Shown piece by piece: positions 24,701-39,205 of a stretch of 64,000 nt of DNA. This stretch comes from Trichinella spiralis (taxonomy: Eukaryota). The translations under genes and the position numbers were made by a program. The DNA lies in contig NW_003526941.1 of assembly GCF_000181795.1 (NCBI RefSeq), positions 1,653,469-1,717,468 of the forward strand, read 5' to 3'. The number at the start of each line of letters is the position of its first letter. Within the stretch, counting starts at the first letter, position 1. Below the pieces are notes generated by a model. The model did no database searches and was not told where the DNA came from. It worked only from the letters and a program-made list of their open reading frames with translations.

Positions 24701-27700
24701 TGGCAATGGAATTATTAGACGTGAAATGCATTTCATTCATCACATGAAATCGGTTTCAGCAGACTATTTATTTATTTGAAAACATTTTGCTTTCGAACCT
24801 TGTAGGCATAAAGATTTTTATTTGGAAAAAATCTCCGTCAGTCAGCATGTTGTGTTGTTCGCTTAGAATAATATAATGTGATATAATTATTTATTAATTG
24901 TAAAAGCTGTTGTCCTTTTGCCGAGGTTGCTTGCTCTGCCAGCGCATTTTAATTTGATCTTATCATATCTGAGTTTATTCTATTCATTGGCGTGAATAAC
25001 TGAAATTTGCATTTTAAGTTCTCTTACAAAATTCATTCAACTAGGTTGAATATTCTTCAAATGTTTGAAGTGAATTTTATCAGCATAGTGAATTTATCAT
25101 ATGAAGCATTTGTGAAATTGTAATTTTAAGAAACTGCTAAGTTGCGAGATTTTTTCCTTTGAGAAAGTATATATATATATATACATATATAGGAACACTT
25201 TTTGTCAGGCAGCATGAGAAATGTTGCCATTTCAAAAGTTTAGAAATCTGAAAGTGAAGTTTTCTTTTTAATGAATTTAAATTTAAAAATAAGGAGAAAG
25301 AAAATTGTCAGAGAAATTGACATTTGCATTCAATTCTAAACTTTATTCTCTTTTTGAAAAGAAGATATGCTTTGAAATCGATTGGGAATTTTTGACGTGG
25401 GAGATGAGGAAAATTGAAAGAATAAGTTGTATCTTTTGGTTAAACAATCTTTTTCTGTTGTTTATTTCTTCAATTAATTTATTCATAATTGATTAAGAAA
25501 ATTAATTCGTGCAAACATTAGTAAAGCTGTAATTACTCACCATAAGTTTCATTTGGTCCACTTGTTTCAGTAGGCTGTTTCTGTAAGGATTTAAATTGCA
25601 CAATGTTACGACCGGGAAAAGGCTGGTTTCGAATTTGAGCTGAAAAAATATATGCATTTTTTTTTCTTGTGAAACATGAAAGTTGAGGAAAGAAAACTCT
25701 ACCTACTTTTTTGAAAAATTTACTAGTGTATTATTGAGTATTATTCGTTTTAATTTTTCCCAAAACAGGATGAAATTTGTCGTAAAATTTATTTTTAATA
25801 ACTGCTCATAATTCAAGTTTATGGATCAATCAAATTGCACCTCTAGAAAGTTGCGCAATTCTTTCAAGTGTATTTTTATAAGATTGGTTTATTTTTTGCA
25901 ATAGCATTTCATTTCCGGGAGCGTGACTGAAGAATATTTTTGATTGTTTCTGCCACGCTGTTTCTCATTGTCACACATCTTGGCCACTGAGATGAAGCTT
26001 CTTGCTAACAATGCACGCGCATTAACAACTTGTGGCTTTGTTGCATTGGAATAGATTTTCTCTTGTTTTGTTATTGCTTGCTTGGATATGAATGACGGAA
26101 ATAATAATCAACTCTGCATGCGCAACTTTATAATTTTTGGCATGTCAGAAAATGAGTTAAGTTTGCCGGCTCAGATCTTAAGCGAAAAATGACCGTCATC
26201 AAATTCCTACGTCGAGATTAACATGAAATCAAAATGCAGCGATGCAAAGCAGCACTTGAAACGGCATCTGATGCAAATTTTCATTATCTCTTATTTATTT
26301 ATAGCGGCAAAATCCAAAAAAAATACACAGGTTTTTTTATATTCAGCATCTTCTGAAGTGTAGCAGAGAGTTGTTCCATGTGAAAAGTTTTACAAAGTAG
26401 TGTGATCAGCATTCTATTAGGGGTTGTCAATTTTGCCAGAGATGTTGTTTACTAGCTAGTGAAGCGTAAACGGAACAGGCTGTGAACACAACCCCTTAAA
26501 CACTTCTTGACGAGGCTCACTGGTGCAATTATCGAATATGACACTTTGCAGTTGATGCTTAAAATGCGCGCCTAAAATTTTTACTCTAGCTTTTGATTAA
26601 AATAAAAGAAGCGTGTGTCAGAAATAACTTATTCATGCGAACGAATGGAAATATGAAAATTTATTTGCTAGAGCTAGCTAACTGGCTTGCTTTTGAAAAG
26701 CTTTCACATTGAATGGAATTTTTTTTCTTTTTAAATTTCAATTTTTCCTTTTTCATCTTTATCTTCTGATTGGATGAATTTTCTTGCACATTTTTTACCG
26801 AATGGAGAATTGAATTTGAAATTTAGACTTTTTTTCCAAAAAACAATAACGCGAAAATTTTAGACTTGTAAAAGTCTTGAAATAATTGCCACATTACATA
26901 TGTTGTATGGTTGAAAAGTGTAAAAAGAAGAAAAAAATTGAATCCACCATTTCGTGTTGGAGGGGGATTGACGAAAAAGCAGCGCCGACGGTTATTAATT
27001 TATGTATGTATGTATGTATATGTATATATATACATGCATGCTAAGGAAGCATTTTGCAAAAATCTCGCAACACTGACGCAGCGGATACGTAATAGATGCG
27101 CAAGGAAAAAATGAGCTCGTTCAGATAAATTATTCTATCTTGTTTTGGGCTTCTCGAATCATTGAAAATTTTGTCACGTTGGAAAAATTGGTGAAAATGA
27201 CAAATTGCTGCTTAACCAAGTTGAAAACTTCGAGCGTTGACTTTTGAATGGATGGATGATGCAGGAAAGGAAAACGAAAGTGTTAATTGAAGTTTGTTAG
27301 TTGAAAGTTGTTGTCACCGCCGCGACTGTTCGCCTTGTTCTTCTCATGAGATGTACAAGAGATTTGGTTCTTTTTGTTCTTCTTCTTCGATCAGTTTCAC
27401 TTTCCTAACTATTGCTTGCAGCAGCAGTTGTGTGAAAAATGATGAAAAGTTAATCACAGATCTCTTGAACAACGACAAAGAAAGAAACATATCAACAGCA
27501 ATAATTTTACTCCAAGTGATGAAAATTGACACCATCAGAATGGAAAGCAAAACATCCGCATCATAATATATATATATGTATATTTCTCAAGTGATGCCGT
27601 GTTGCAAATTGAAGCAGTTTTTGCATCGATCGTAAATTTGTTGTTTATTACTTTCTCTTATATTATTCTCTTGCTAAAACAGCGCGAATCATAATTCTTG

Positions 27701-30138
27701 TTGTATACCAAATGCGGTGATGTGTCATTTTCTTGTAACGCTGAAAAATTGCATCAAATCAATGGAAATGACCAAGTCTGTACTTGCACTTGCACTACTG
27801 TTTGTACTTGCATCAATCAACGCACACAGATGGACATTTTCCTTTTTCAAACGGGTCATTCTATTCCTGCTCGAAGAATGCAAATTTCTTTTGAAAATAA
27901 TTATAATGAATTAAAGAATAGTAATTTGAGGAGGGGGACAGTGATTATTGGAAATTTTCATTTCACATTGCTTACTTGATCCAATTTAAATAGTCAAATT
28001 AGTTTATAATAAATTTCATGCCTCTCTTATTATTGAGAATTGGTATTTCTTTCAAAACATCATTAATAATACGAGTAGTGAGTGATACTGCTTAAATATT
28101 TTAGTCGTTTACGTCAAAGTATCTTCTCTCTCTTTCTTTCTTTCTCTCTCTCTCTCTCGTTCTCTCTTCTTAAGCTCAACAGTTGTACTTATTTTTTCTT
28201 CTTTATCCTTTATTTTTCATTTTTCTTTTTAGGCAAACTTTTCATTTTACCTCGGCATCTTTTTATTATGCTTATTATTTTTACATCCACACCGGATATT
28301 TCCTTTTCTTTTTTGTTATTTACTTTTTTTTACTTGGCAATAACAATAAGAAAAATGAAAATATTATTCTCAACCTTTTTTTCATACTTACGAAGTTCTA
28401 AACTTGATGTTATCATATTTGAAGAGGCAATTTTCAAAATTTGATGAAAGAGTGAAAACGTAAATTTCTGTTGACGTTGAGGCTTGTAGAAGTTTTTCTA
28501 TTTGGCAAATAAATTGTTCCTATCGATCGGCTATCAAGTGTCACAATCTCAGCAAAGTAAAAGCAGACATTTTTGGAATGTGCCCCATTCCGTTGAGATA
28601 TAATATCAACCATTCTTTGTCACAGGTCATATATCCGTCAAAAGTGTTGTCTCATGGTTTTTCTTTTACCAGGGTTTTTCTTCCTTCTCACTGTTTTCTT
28701 TTTTCTGCACTTGTTTGATCAGATACTCAAATTTGACAAATTGAGCATTTCCTCTATTTTTTGTTCAGTAATTTCAACCACAACTTTTAGATGATCACGA
28801 AAATTGGAGTGAATTTTTCATACATGCTTTATTTATTGGAAATATATTTGTTTATTAAATTTGAACTGCTAGCTAGCTAGCAAACAAGAGAAAAAAGACA
28901 ATCGCTTAGATTCCGTATTATTTTACATAAGTGTAACACTTTCTCTCGTTACTAAAGATAATATCATCGATGTTCTGAATTCCCTTCAATTTTATTCTGC
29001 CAAACCAAAAATTGAAAAAATTTCTCTAAAAGTCATTGATCTGTGTTGTATATCTATATACATTGTGTGTGTGTGTGTGTGCGTGCGTATTTAGCGAGAA
29101 GTATGAAGCATATCTGTGAACCAGTAGGTGATAACGGTGCGTCGAGTTTTATCTTAAAACGCAAGATAATTAACTGATGCATTTTAAAGATGACATTTCA
29201 CATTTGCTGATATGAAGAAATATGTAAATAAAAACGCTGCTACTTTTTCAGTAATTTGGGACGAAAAATCGTTTTCGCAACGTAGCCACACATTGGCGAA
29301 ATTTTGCTTTTATTTATGAAAATGGTATATCAGCTGCTGTTGAAAATAATTGCAGCAGTTGACATTTTCATTCAACATAGCATAGGCAAGCAGTTTTCAC
29401 TCTGAACTGCGAATGGTCTTGCACTCGTGGATGGGGGACTGACTGACTATTTGTGTTTACAATGTCTTTTTATCTCTCAAGGATCAATTGAAGCAGCACA
29501 TGGCCTGAAACACAGCGTTCAGTACCGTCTGTATACATTGTTTATGCGTAGGTGCAGTGGACATTCTTACAGGCGATGTCAGGGGGTAATCTGTGGCAGA
29601 GACAATCTTGCAACAAAACAATAAATCTATTCCGACGTAGGGCTGTGTGAGTAGCGTGTAAAAATGAATATTCCTTATTATTTCTTTCTGCTTCTCAAGT
29701 TAACCCTGCTCATTCTTTGTTATCACATGCTTGCGACACCAGCTTACTACCTCTCCGATTGGCTAATATTCAGTATATGAAAATTGAAGCCGAAATGCAC
29801 GTAAAGAACAGTTTTTTTTAAATTTCAGTATTAGTATAAAATCAAAGGAATAATAATAATATTATTATTAATACTATTAAAGCAAATTCCTGTCTTACCT
29901 CTACTTGGGTCGTGGTTTCGAATCGAAGAAATCGTGCAATCAACAAGCTCAGCTGGAATAGGAACACTGTCAGCGATGTGACACAGACGAAAGTCCAGAA
30001 TGCTCCTTCGCGCTTTGTTGTTGCCATTCCAATTCTGGGCACGCCATGTGCGGTCGTTTTGTCGCTGAAGTTTAGCAGCAGATTTTTGAACCGTCTCTTG
30101 GTGGTTGTATCTCTTTGAAAAGTAACTCGATTCGACAT
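21749..30138 (-). CDS. DEG/ENaC degenerin sodium channel subunit (DEG-1/MEC-4/UNC-105 group)
   Basis: About 15 exons. N-terminal TTAHGVPRI (HG motif) plus TM1 at 30138-29899; [19 protein letters not shown] at ~25620-25540; Cys-rich domains; [28 protein letters not shown]2 [17 protein letters not shown]; stop at 21749. The true 5' end may extend upstream of 30138. Confidence 0.95.
23811..23909 (-). repeat. Coding trinucleotide repeats (ACA/ACT)n encoding a poly-Thr tract in the degenerin ectodomain
   Basis: (gta)n and (gtt)n runs on the + strand; the translation contains more than 25 Thr. Confidence 0.9.
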
Positions 30139-32419
30139 CGTCTAGTGGGAAAATGCTAGAATTGGTTGGTGTAGGACTTGTTTGTCGAATACCGGCTAGC
30201 CGACCGTTGCTAGCTGACACAGCATTAGTCGTCTGCGACACGACATTGGACTCGTAAGAGTCGAACGTTGGTCGCCAACGTGGAAACTGGCCTCGTTGTT
30301 TGTAGTGGGGATGGGGATTGTTCGTTCGCGATTTAGCCAAATGTGTAAAACAACTTCGCGTTGTTGGCGTGATTTGGGCAGCAACTGTTGTCGTGTATAT
30401 CCAATGCCAGAGATCCCGTATAGATAAGAGCAAGAAGGTTGTTGTCTGTTGTCAGAAACGTCGATGCCTAGAATGGGTGTCGTCGGGCGGTCAACGAATT
30501 CAGTTTCCGTTGCCGAAGAGCAAATTCAACTCTTATATCATGGATACTCAATTTTGAATGTTGATCATCATATTTTAGTTTGGCCATGACGATGCGGTGT
30601 CACATCACCGGGTTCCATGTGATCTGCTTACCAGCAGAGCAATGAAACACATTCAACTGAGCAGTGTGTTTGTTGGCTTTGAAGCGGTGCAGGCGCACAC
30701 GTAACGCGAGCGCTCAGCACGCCAGAGAATGCCGAATGATTGGCGCAGGGTGGATTCCCTTCTTCCCTCCCCACGCGTATTCATATCATTTGATTAGCAG
30801 CATTATTGCTTAAGCGTGAACGCACGTCGTCGATCACGCATTCCAATGTCGACCGTGTGACGACCACTGTTAGTCGCGCTAGTTAGCAATTAGAGGATAT
30901 ATTTTACAACCATAGAAAAAATAGCTTCTGAAAGCAGGCCAATAAAAAGATGAATGAACAAGTTATTATTAATGAGTTGAAGTTTTCCATAATTAGCATG
31001 TTTCTCGTTTTATATCAATAAGAAAATTCTTATTTTCAAACGTACCATTGAAATGATTGATCATAATTGGGAATGAAATTGAATTGCACTTTGGGGGGAT
31101 TAAGAAAATTAGCCGACATTCTGTCAGCTCGTTTTCTGTTGGTTCGTTGAACTCCTTCAACAGGCAAACAATTTCCATACACGCGATGATGAATTTCTGT
31201 TCTTTTTGAATAAATTCAGTTCACAAATTTGAAAAGATTTTCTTTTCATATTGTAAGGAATGAAGAATGGACGGAATTGAATTTGTGAGGAATTCGAATT
31301 TTCAGTTGATGTGGATTTTTGTTAAAATATTATCTTTCTTTAAGCAATATATACGTATAATGATGCTTACAATAATAAGTGTTCGCCTGTTGAGAAATGC
31401 ATAATTTCATAAACAACAATAAGCATATTGTTATTGAATTCAATTTTCAGAAAAATGAAATGATTATCAGAAATTAATATGGACAATTTTATGACATATA
31501 TCTTGGACAAAAATAACTTCATCTTAAGCGATATTTCTTATTTTGCATGCGCGATGGAAACATTAAACTTAGCATCAATCTTTAATCATCAAACAATTTT
31601 TCCTTAGCAGCAAACTTTGTAACAGCATTTGCTACGTGAAATCATGAAAAGAGGATGCAGTGCTTGAATAATAAAGTTATCTGAATAATTTTCAACGCCG
31701 ATTGCTGTTTCAAAGGGTTTTCAAATGAACATTAAATTTGTCACATTTGACTGACAAGTGAACACGCAGCAAATAAGTTTGACTGTTAAAAAATGAAATA
31801 GCTAATGATTTTATTGTTAATGAACAAAACATTGTTTAACATGTTGTTCAAAAGCGTAAATTTAAAAGAAACAATGTCAGAAAAAGGAGTGCTCTTGTGT
31901 TTCTTTGAAATTATGTATGTAATATGCACGCATAAATTTTTCATCATTTTTATTGGCTCCTTCAACAGAGGAAAATGTGAAATATTTTTAAAAATATGTC
32001 ATGAAAACTTAATAGATGATCAAAAAAATTATTAATGCGTTAATGATGTTACCACGGTGTGTCTGACTGGCTGAACTGATGTTACTTGTTGCTTTCATGT
32101 GATTTTGCATTTCTTATTTTTGTTAATTTTTTATCGAAATTGTTCACCATTTTTTCAGATTTCTATTCTGAGACTTTAAAAAATTAAGCGAAACAAATGA
32201 TTAAATCGATAAGTTTAGCACTTTAGTTTGTCACAACGCAATTTATTCGATAATATCTAGTCATGATAAGGCGGTTTAAAATTTACTATTTATAATGGCG
32301 CGGCACAAAAATGGAAGCATATCTATTGATCAGCATTCTTTAACATTAGAGATTTGAATTTGTTAAACAGCGAAGATTGAATTGAAATGCTATGATGAAG
32401 AAACAGCATACAAAACAAG

Positions 32420-32497
32420 TATATAATATAATATAATATAATATAATATAATATAATATAATATAATATAATATAATATAATATAATATAATATAAT
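32420..32497. repeat. Pentanucleotide microsatellite (ATATA)n, about 15 copies
   Basis: Perfect atataatata... array seen directly. Confidence 0.95.
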
Positions 32498-35400
32498 GTA
32501 ATATTGGCATTATATGTTCCCAGAATGGTCATTTTGAATAAATATTTTTGGGAAAAGCTGAAATTTGTAATTGTATTGTTTGCTTGTTTTCATTGTAGCT
32601 GAATTTTATTATTAATTCCAATGTTGAACAAGCACATAATCAATGAACTATTACTGGAGATGTAGAATGGAAGTAATTTTCTTTTTTTTCTACTGTAATA
32701 ATCTTTTTAAAATTTCAAACAGTTTTGTGAATTCAAAGTTTTTCAGCATCCGTTAATTGCTAGGAAAATGCAGATGTGAAAAGAAAAGAGTTTTTCTGAA
32801 TATTAATGTATTTTTTTACACTCATTTGTTTTTTTTGTGATGCAGAAAAATTATAGATAATTAGCAACATTTTAAACCTGCATACATCGATGAGCAATCA
32901 GTCATGTTGTTAGCTTTGTTGGTACTGTAGAATATACGATTGAAAGAAATACAGCACATCTTCGTCGAGAGAATTATGAAGCGCATTTATTTGGATTTAA
33001 ATTGAATTTCTCATTTCTGAGCAAAACATGTGGGAATATTCAAACGGCAATTATTCGTTTTCTTTTTATGTATCGTTTCTAAAATGGGCTAAATGAATTT
33101 CAATTCTTCACTGAAGCACCACTGACTTGGAAAGATTTCTTATGGTGCTTTGGCAGAGTAGCTGAACGCTTTACTTAACCGTAAATATTTAATCACTTTG
33201 TAAAATGCCAAAATTTTGGCGATTTATTTATTTTTTTTCATTAGCAGAAAATTGGATGAATTCACTCTTACGCAGTTGTATAAGACTATTTAGATACTGG
33301 ACTATTTCTTCGACCGTAATGGCAAATAATTATAGCGCAATTTTTGGATGAATTTTGATATCATAGAAGTGATGAATTCAAATTATATAAATGAAACTTT
33401 TTTTAAATAAATGAATTTAAAGTGAATTAATTTGGCCAATGCTGTAGTATGAATATGAATTATTTTAAGGAATAATTTTATTGTCATTGATAATTTTAAT
33501 GAAAATCCATATAACTAAATGTCAAATGATATCATGAATCTAGCTCAACTGAAAAGTGGTAGCAAAAGAGATATTGAAAGTTGAGAACAATAATCGTTTA
33601 AAGTGAAATATTAATTGTTTATTAATGTTAATATTGTATCGCTTATAGCATACAAATTATTATTAATCTCTGAGTCATAGGTCAAGTTTTGAGTTGAAAC
33701 ATACGTTTTAAATCCAATGCTGTGAATTTTGGAACTGTAAAGTTAGTTAACATTATTATTATTGTTGTTGTTGATGTAGTTAAGCCGTCAGTATCACTGT
33801 AATAAAGCTGAAGGTAAAAAGTGGTTTAACATTGCCGTAACAGGGGAAATTCCGATCTTACTCAATCCATTATTTGGAGAATAGATATTTGATTGCATTT
33901 ATAATTGAAATAATCGATTAAAAGTCATTAAAATATGTTTTTAAATTATTTAATAATGCATATATTTCCAAGAGCAGAACAATAAATAACAAATAGTATT
34001 AAAATGTTCAAAATTATATTTACATGAAATAAGTTTTCTTCAGAGAAATTATATAAGCAATCATTATGATCATTCTTCTGTTAATATTATAAATTATACT
34101 TTTTATGTATAAATTATTACTTTAGTCAGAATCGGTTGAAACATTTTAATAAACAGTTAAAACTGATCATGAAAGAATTTTTGAAAAATGTATTTAGAAT
34201 GTATAAATAATTGTTGCTTATTAATAATAAGCATATACTTTATAATAATTGAAATCATTAGCACTGAGGTTAAAGCTTTTAGCGGCAAATAATTTTTGAG
34301 CAATAATTGAAGATTTTCAAGTTCAAGTTCAAGTGTTTTTCAATTTTTGTTGAAATTTCACCTTTCAAAGATTTAAAAGTTGCTGATCTTTGTTTTGAAA
34401 CGTGTTTCTGTAGTTTTCTAATCAACTGATAATTCTCTTAATAAATTGAAATTATGGCTTGTTTCACTTCATTCATTTGCAGTCCTATATGTTAGATACT
34501 ATAACTAGGTATTCTGATGTTAATTGAAGGCTTCAAATGAAGAATTGCACTTGGTACCTACCAATTCTGCTTTGCAGCGTTATGCGTGCAAGAGTTATAC
34601 AGGAGAAAGAATGGTCAAATTCATAACGTTCAAGTTCGTAACGATTTGCAAAGCATAAATGGTACGTTTTCCTTTTTAATTAATTAAAGGTTGTTTATCT
34701 TTTTCATAATAATTCAATGAATGTCGTCAGATCAGAAAAACGTTTCTATTCATTTTTATCAATCTTATGCAAAGGAGGTGCACGAAATTGAATGCGTATC
34801 ACTGCAGTGTTCGTTAAACTCAAATGATTAAGAATATTTGTAAAGGCAAATGAAAAAGATATGATATTATGATAAATATTACTTTAGTGTATGGAAAATT
34901 CTAACGTGCGTTGTTGTGTGCTTAGATGCTACAAATTACTTAATACAATTTCTTTATATCAGCTAAATGTTTTGATTTAGCTTTTCAGACGATTTTATTA
35001 GCTGTGATTAATTCAATAATTGGTGGATTTGAATTGCCGAATATTGCTTCGAAACTAAACGCTGTTTATTAATTATTAATAATATCAGTGACGTGAATGA
35101 AAGTGTAGGTCACAGAATTTTCTCATTGACAAATGTAATGAAAAGAAATCCTATGTCATTGTAATTTAAAAAGTAAGAACAGAAGAAAATAAATTAAAAT
35201 TAAAAAATATAGTTTATTATTGTCAGTAGTAGTTAGCTGCATGCTATGAAACTGAGGCATCACATTAGTTCAGTTTAAATGTAGTACAGCTTTATTTAGT
35301 AGGCATCTATAAATTTAAGAGGAAATTTCAAGAATGTATCGTAAGTGATTAATTGGAAGAATGCGTCATCCTAGCGAATTAGCATGTTATCAAAATATGT

Positions 35401-37896
35401 TTTTATTTTACAATGGGATGAGTTTCGCTTTTCGAACCAGCAAAGGGCCGACTGCAGCATAGTGCACAGGTTGAGCAGATTTCAAGTCGATCATTATAAC
35501 AGCAGGTTGCATTTTCTACTAATGGCATTGGGTATGCGGCTTCAGGCTAGCCGGAAGAACGAATTTTGATCCTACAAATAATAATACATTGCACTTAAGA
35601 ATAATATTGGCACATTGAAATTCTTGATTATGCACTTTGAATTTTCTCTTCAATTCTTTTCAACATTTAGAATAAAAAGGAAATATTGAACATACATCAG
35701 ACAACAGTTTTAACGGACAATGACTGACGTTAGCTGTTCAAACACTTAGCAACACTTGCAATTAGAACTAATAATTTCGTTCGATTGGACGAGTTTAATA
35801 ACCAACGAAGAAACAGCGCTGAATTTAACATTTAAAATCTGAATATGAAATGACAATAATGCGCATCAGAATTTAAATGAAATAAACATGTTCCCCTTTT
35901 TTTTTAACGAATCTTATTTCATAATTTAAGGAACTTCTGTAGAATCACAGTTCTGAATTTATGCGGAAATTGAATTTTTCTTTAAGTATTTTTATCAAAG
36001 TTTTCTGCAACAACAGTATGAACCTTTAAAACAGCAGTTGAGTGAATATTATGTATTTTCTGTTCTGTTCAATCATAATTCAATTAGTCAGTCGCAGATT
36101 GCAAAATTCTAACATTACTGTCAGTAGATGATGATGGGCAAAATGAAATTAGGCAATGAAAGAAATGATCACAGTGCCAATGTGCAGAAATTAACGTTTC
36201 TTTTTCTTTTTTACTTTGAATAAAATTTGATTCTATCCAAAATTTACTACTGTTGAAATGGCTGTGCTTTGATTGAAATGAATTACGGATGCCGTCAGAT
36301 CAGCAATCAGCATTTTGTTACGATTGGTTAAATTAATTTCACGCGGAAGTATGCAGTGGAAATTGAACAATATCTCAGAAAACAGCACTAAATGAATGAA
36401 GGTTCGTTATGTTGATTTTGTTTTAATTGATAAGTGTGTTATCGTTTAGAAATAGAGAAGAAAAATTATTGCGAATCATCTGGTCGGTTCATTTTGCTGT
36501 CTGCATTCACTGGGCATATTCTCTTCCTCTTCGCTCTCCATCTATTCACCGAGAATACTTCTAGCAAGGTATTTTTTTTTCTCACAAGCAGCTTGTTTCT
36601 TTTTTCAAAATTACCAGTATTAAACAATATTGATTGAGATTAAGATTCAATTTTTTTAATGCAAAAGTTTTGCTTTTACATGCTATTTTTATGACTTGAA
36701 ATGTTCTAACTAACTGATTGATTAATATTTTTTTGCTTCCATCATTATGCGTATATGACATTGCTTGTGTAAATGTTTCGCATGATGTAACTTTTGTTCA
36801 GAAATACAACATAATTTTTCAGATATGATTTGAACATGTTTGTTAAATGTATGTAATTTTAGATTTTGCACTGATCATTAGGAAATTATCAAATTAAAAA
36901 TAACAAGCCAGTAATTGCAAAAAGTGTTTTTTTTTACTTTTTAATGGCTTTTATTTGTTCTTTTTTGAAATTGTATTTCACTGCAGTGCTTTTCTTTATG
37001 AGCATTTAAGAGAGTGCATAAAGTGGGAAGAGAAGCCGAATCAGATAATGGTTTGAAAATTGATTTATATTGTATAAAGGCAGATTTTCATATCGTCAAG
37101 TTATGCATCACAAGATGAAGCGGCACAATGTTTTCACCTAGGCGAATAATGCGATAATTTATTTCTCTTAAAATGAAAACGTTGTGTACCTTGAGTTGAG
37201 ATGAACAGTGGTTGTTCTTTTCTTGTCTGCAGAAATTTTTTTAGCGAACTGAATTCTAAAAAGCGCTGTTAATTTCATATCTATGCATGATTTCATTGAA
37301 GTCAATTTGCAACAGGTTTGTAACAATAAAAGCATCGATAGTTAATGGAGATATTTGAAATTTGCATACACTTAAGATAGTCAGTTGTTTAAGCACTGAT
37401 TTAGAAAAAAACAATTTGATGCTTCAATTGTTCTATAGCAAAGTAGGAAGCTAATTTGAACATTTAAGTCAAACCAAAGTTTCGAAATGCTACTAGTAAA
37501 ACTTGATGTATTTATTTGTATTCATGCTTGTTTAAATTCATTTGTTTACTACAGAGAAGCTAAATTATTTGTCATCTGTTTGTTGTATTTGTGAATTGTC
37601 TGCTCCCAGTTGAATAGTTTAATTTTTTAATCTATATTCTTTAAAGCATTTTTCTAAGAAGGTTTACCATATTGCGTGACATTTCAAACCGTGGACATTC
37701 ATTTCTAAGGAGGAATATACATGTATCTGATTTGAATTAATTTTTTTTTGATTTCTTAGCATCAAGGTCAAAATTGCGTAATGGAGAAATGCAACGATTA
37801 TTTTCTTGCTGAACTAAAAATGCGTTGTTGACTGTTGCACACAGTTGGCACAACTTTTGGTTTCAGCAGCTACCGTTTTGGTTTCTTCGCCTGAAA

Positions 37897-39205
37897 ATGC
37901 CAGCAACTCCAAATTTTCATCGACGATGTTCAACTGTCGCTAATAGAGCAGGTGAAAAGCATTTTTTTAAATGTATCTTGCATTAAGTAGACGACTGTTT
38001 TTCTTTTTTTTTGTAATATCAACTATTCAGTGACAGAGCATTGATGTTAAAGTTCAGTATTACTGAGTTGAGAAGTTCTGTATTGTTTAATTTTAATTTA
38101 ATCAGAAGATCCGTTTATGCTCAGGAAAGGGCAAACGTTTGCTGTTCATAATATTGTCACATATAAATAGGAAAACTTAACAGTTCTCGCGAAACGCATT
38201 ATTTTAGCAAATCTTACTTGTAATCAGGAAAAATGAAAGTATCAAAATGGTGTCAGTTTGCGATTAATAATTTATAATATGTATGCAGATAAAGAAAATT
38301 AACTGATGGTGCTTGAAAAGATAAAAATCTATGCAAAATGGTTTATTTAATGTAAAAACATGATAAATTGAATTGTTCGAGAATTTACTGGTACTGAACA
38401 TTGGCTGTGCAATTTTAATCGGCTTTAACTGAACTTGAGGAAATAAAAATGAATGGAAATTAAGAATGGTTCGATTTTCTGATCATTAGTAAAATGATAA
38501 GTGTTGACAATATCTTTCTTTTTTTTGTTTTTGAATTTATAAATCGTTTATCATTTTTTTGAAGCACAAAGGACACTTCGATTCTGTTCCACCTGCTTAG
38601 GAAATACGGGCATATATTTGTACAGCGAAAAGTCGGGTCGTACTTTGAATCTTTCCGTCTATGACAAGCGTCTAATTGAAGAGTCGTGGTGCGCGTTGCG
38701 GGACAAAGATGAAGTTGCCAAGCAGATATTTTTACGTGTGCTGACGTCAAACGAAAAAATCCGAACAATTTTTGATCTTCACACTTGTCCGGACGATGAG
38801 TTGGAAGAGAACAGTGCTTTCCAGCGACACGTGAAAAGTTTGTCATTGTTTTTGAGCATCTGCGCCGACAGCCTCTCAGTTAGCCCTGACCGACTGGTCA
38901 GCATTGCCAGAAGCATCGGTGAGAAGCACGTCAATTTCCGTTGGGTGAGCTTCGACGCCGAGTACTGGCTGTTGATGAAATGCGCCATGGTGGAGGTGAT
39001 CAGCTCCAAGCAGAGGCCGAAGATATCGCATTTGGTCAACACTGCTTGGAATTCGTTGTTGTCGTTTGTCATTTTTGAAATTAAGCATTCTTTTTTGGAA
39101 GCGCAGAAATCCAAAAACACCAAAAGTGAAGACGATCATAACACAAAGTTAGTGCTGTGGCAAAATCTCGAAAGCGAATGGGAACTGCTCAGAGAGAAAA
39201 ATTGA
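37897..39205 (+). CDS. Nematode-type globin; globin domain in a single exon
   Basis: Exon 38565-39205: LIEESW (A helix), IRTIF (CD1), FQRHVKSL (distal His), IGEKHVNF (proximal His), FDAEYW, AWNSLL. A phase-compatible upstream exon 37897-37951 (MPATPNFHRRCSTVANRA) is inferred, so the start is uncertain. Confidence 0.85.

Noticed and set aside
28082..28444. 120-aa hydrophobic ORF
   Set aside because: Translation of T-rich/(CT)n intronic sequence with no family motif.
29831..30433. 200-aa ORF overlapping the degenerin 5' exon
   Set aside because: Alternative frame of the real exon; the HG motif and TM1 are in the 30138 frame.
32323..32532. ORF with YYIIL repeats
   Set aside because: Artefact of translating the (ATATA)n microsatellite.
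33110..33152. AAGCACCA...TGGTGCTT hairpin with a miR-29/miR-49-like seed
   Set aside because: Only ~11 bp of stem with a large loop, and the seed lies on the wrong arm; not a credible pre-miRNA.
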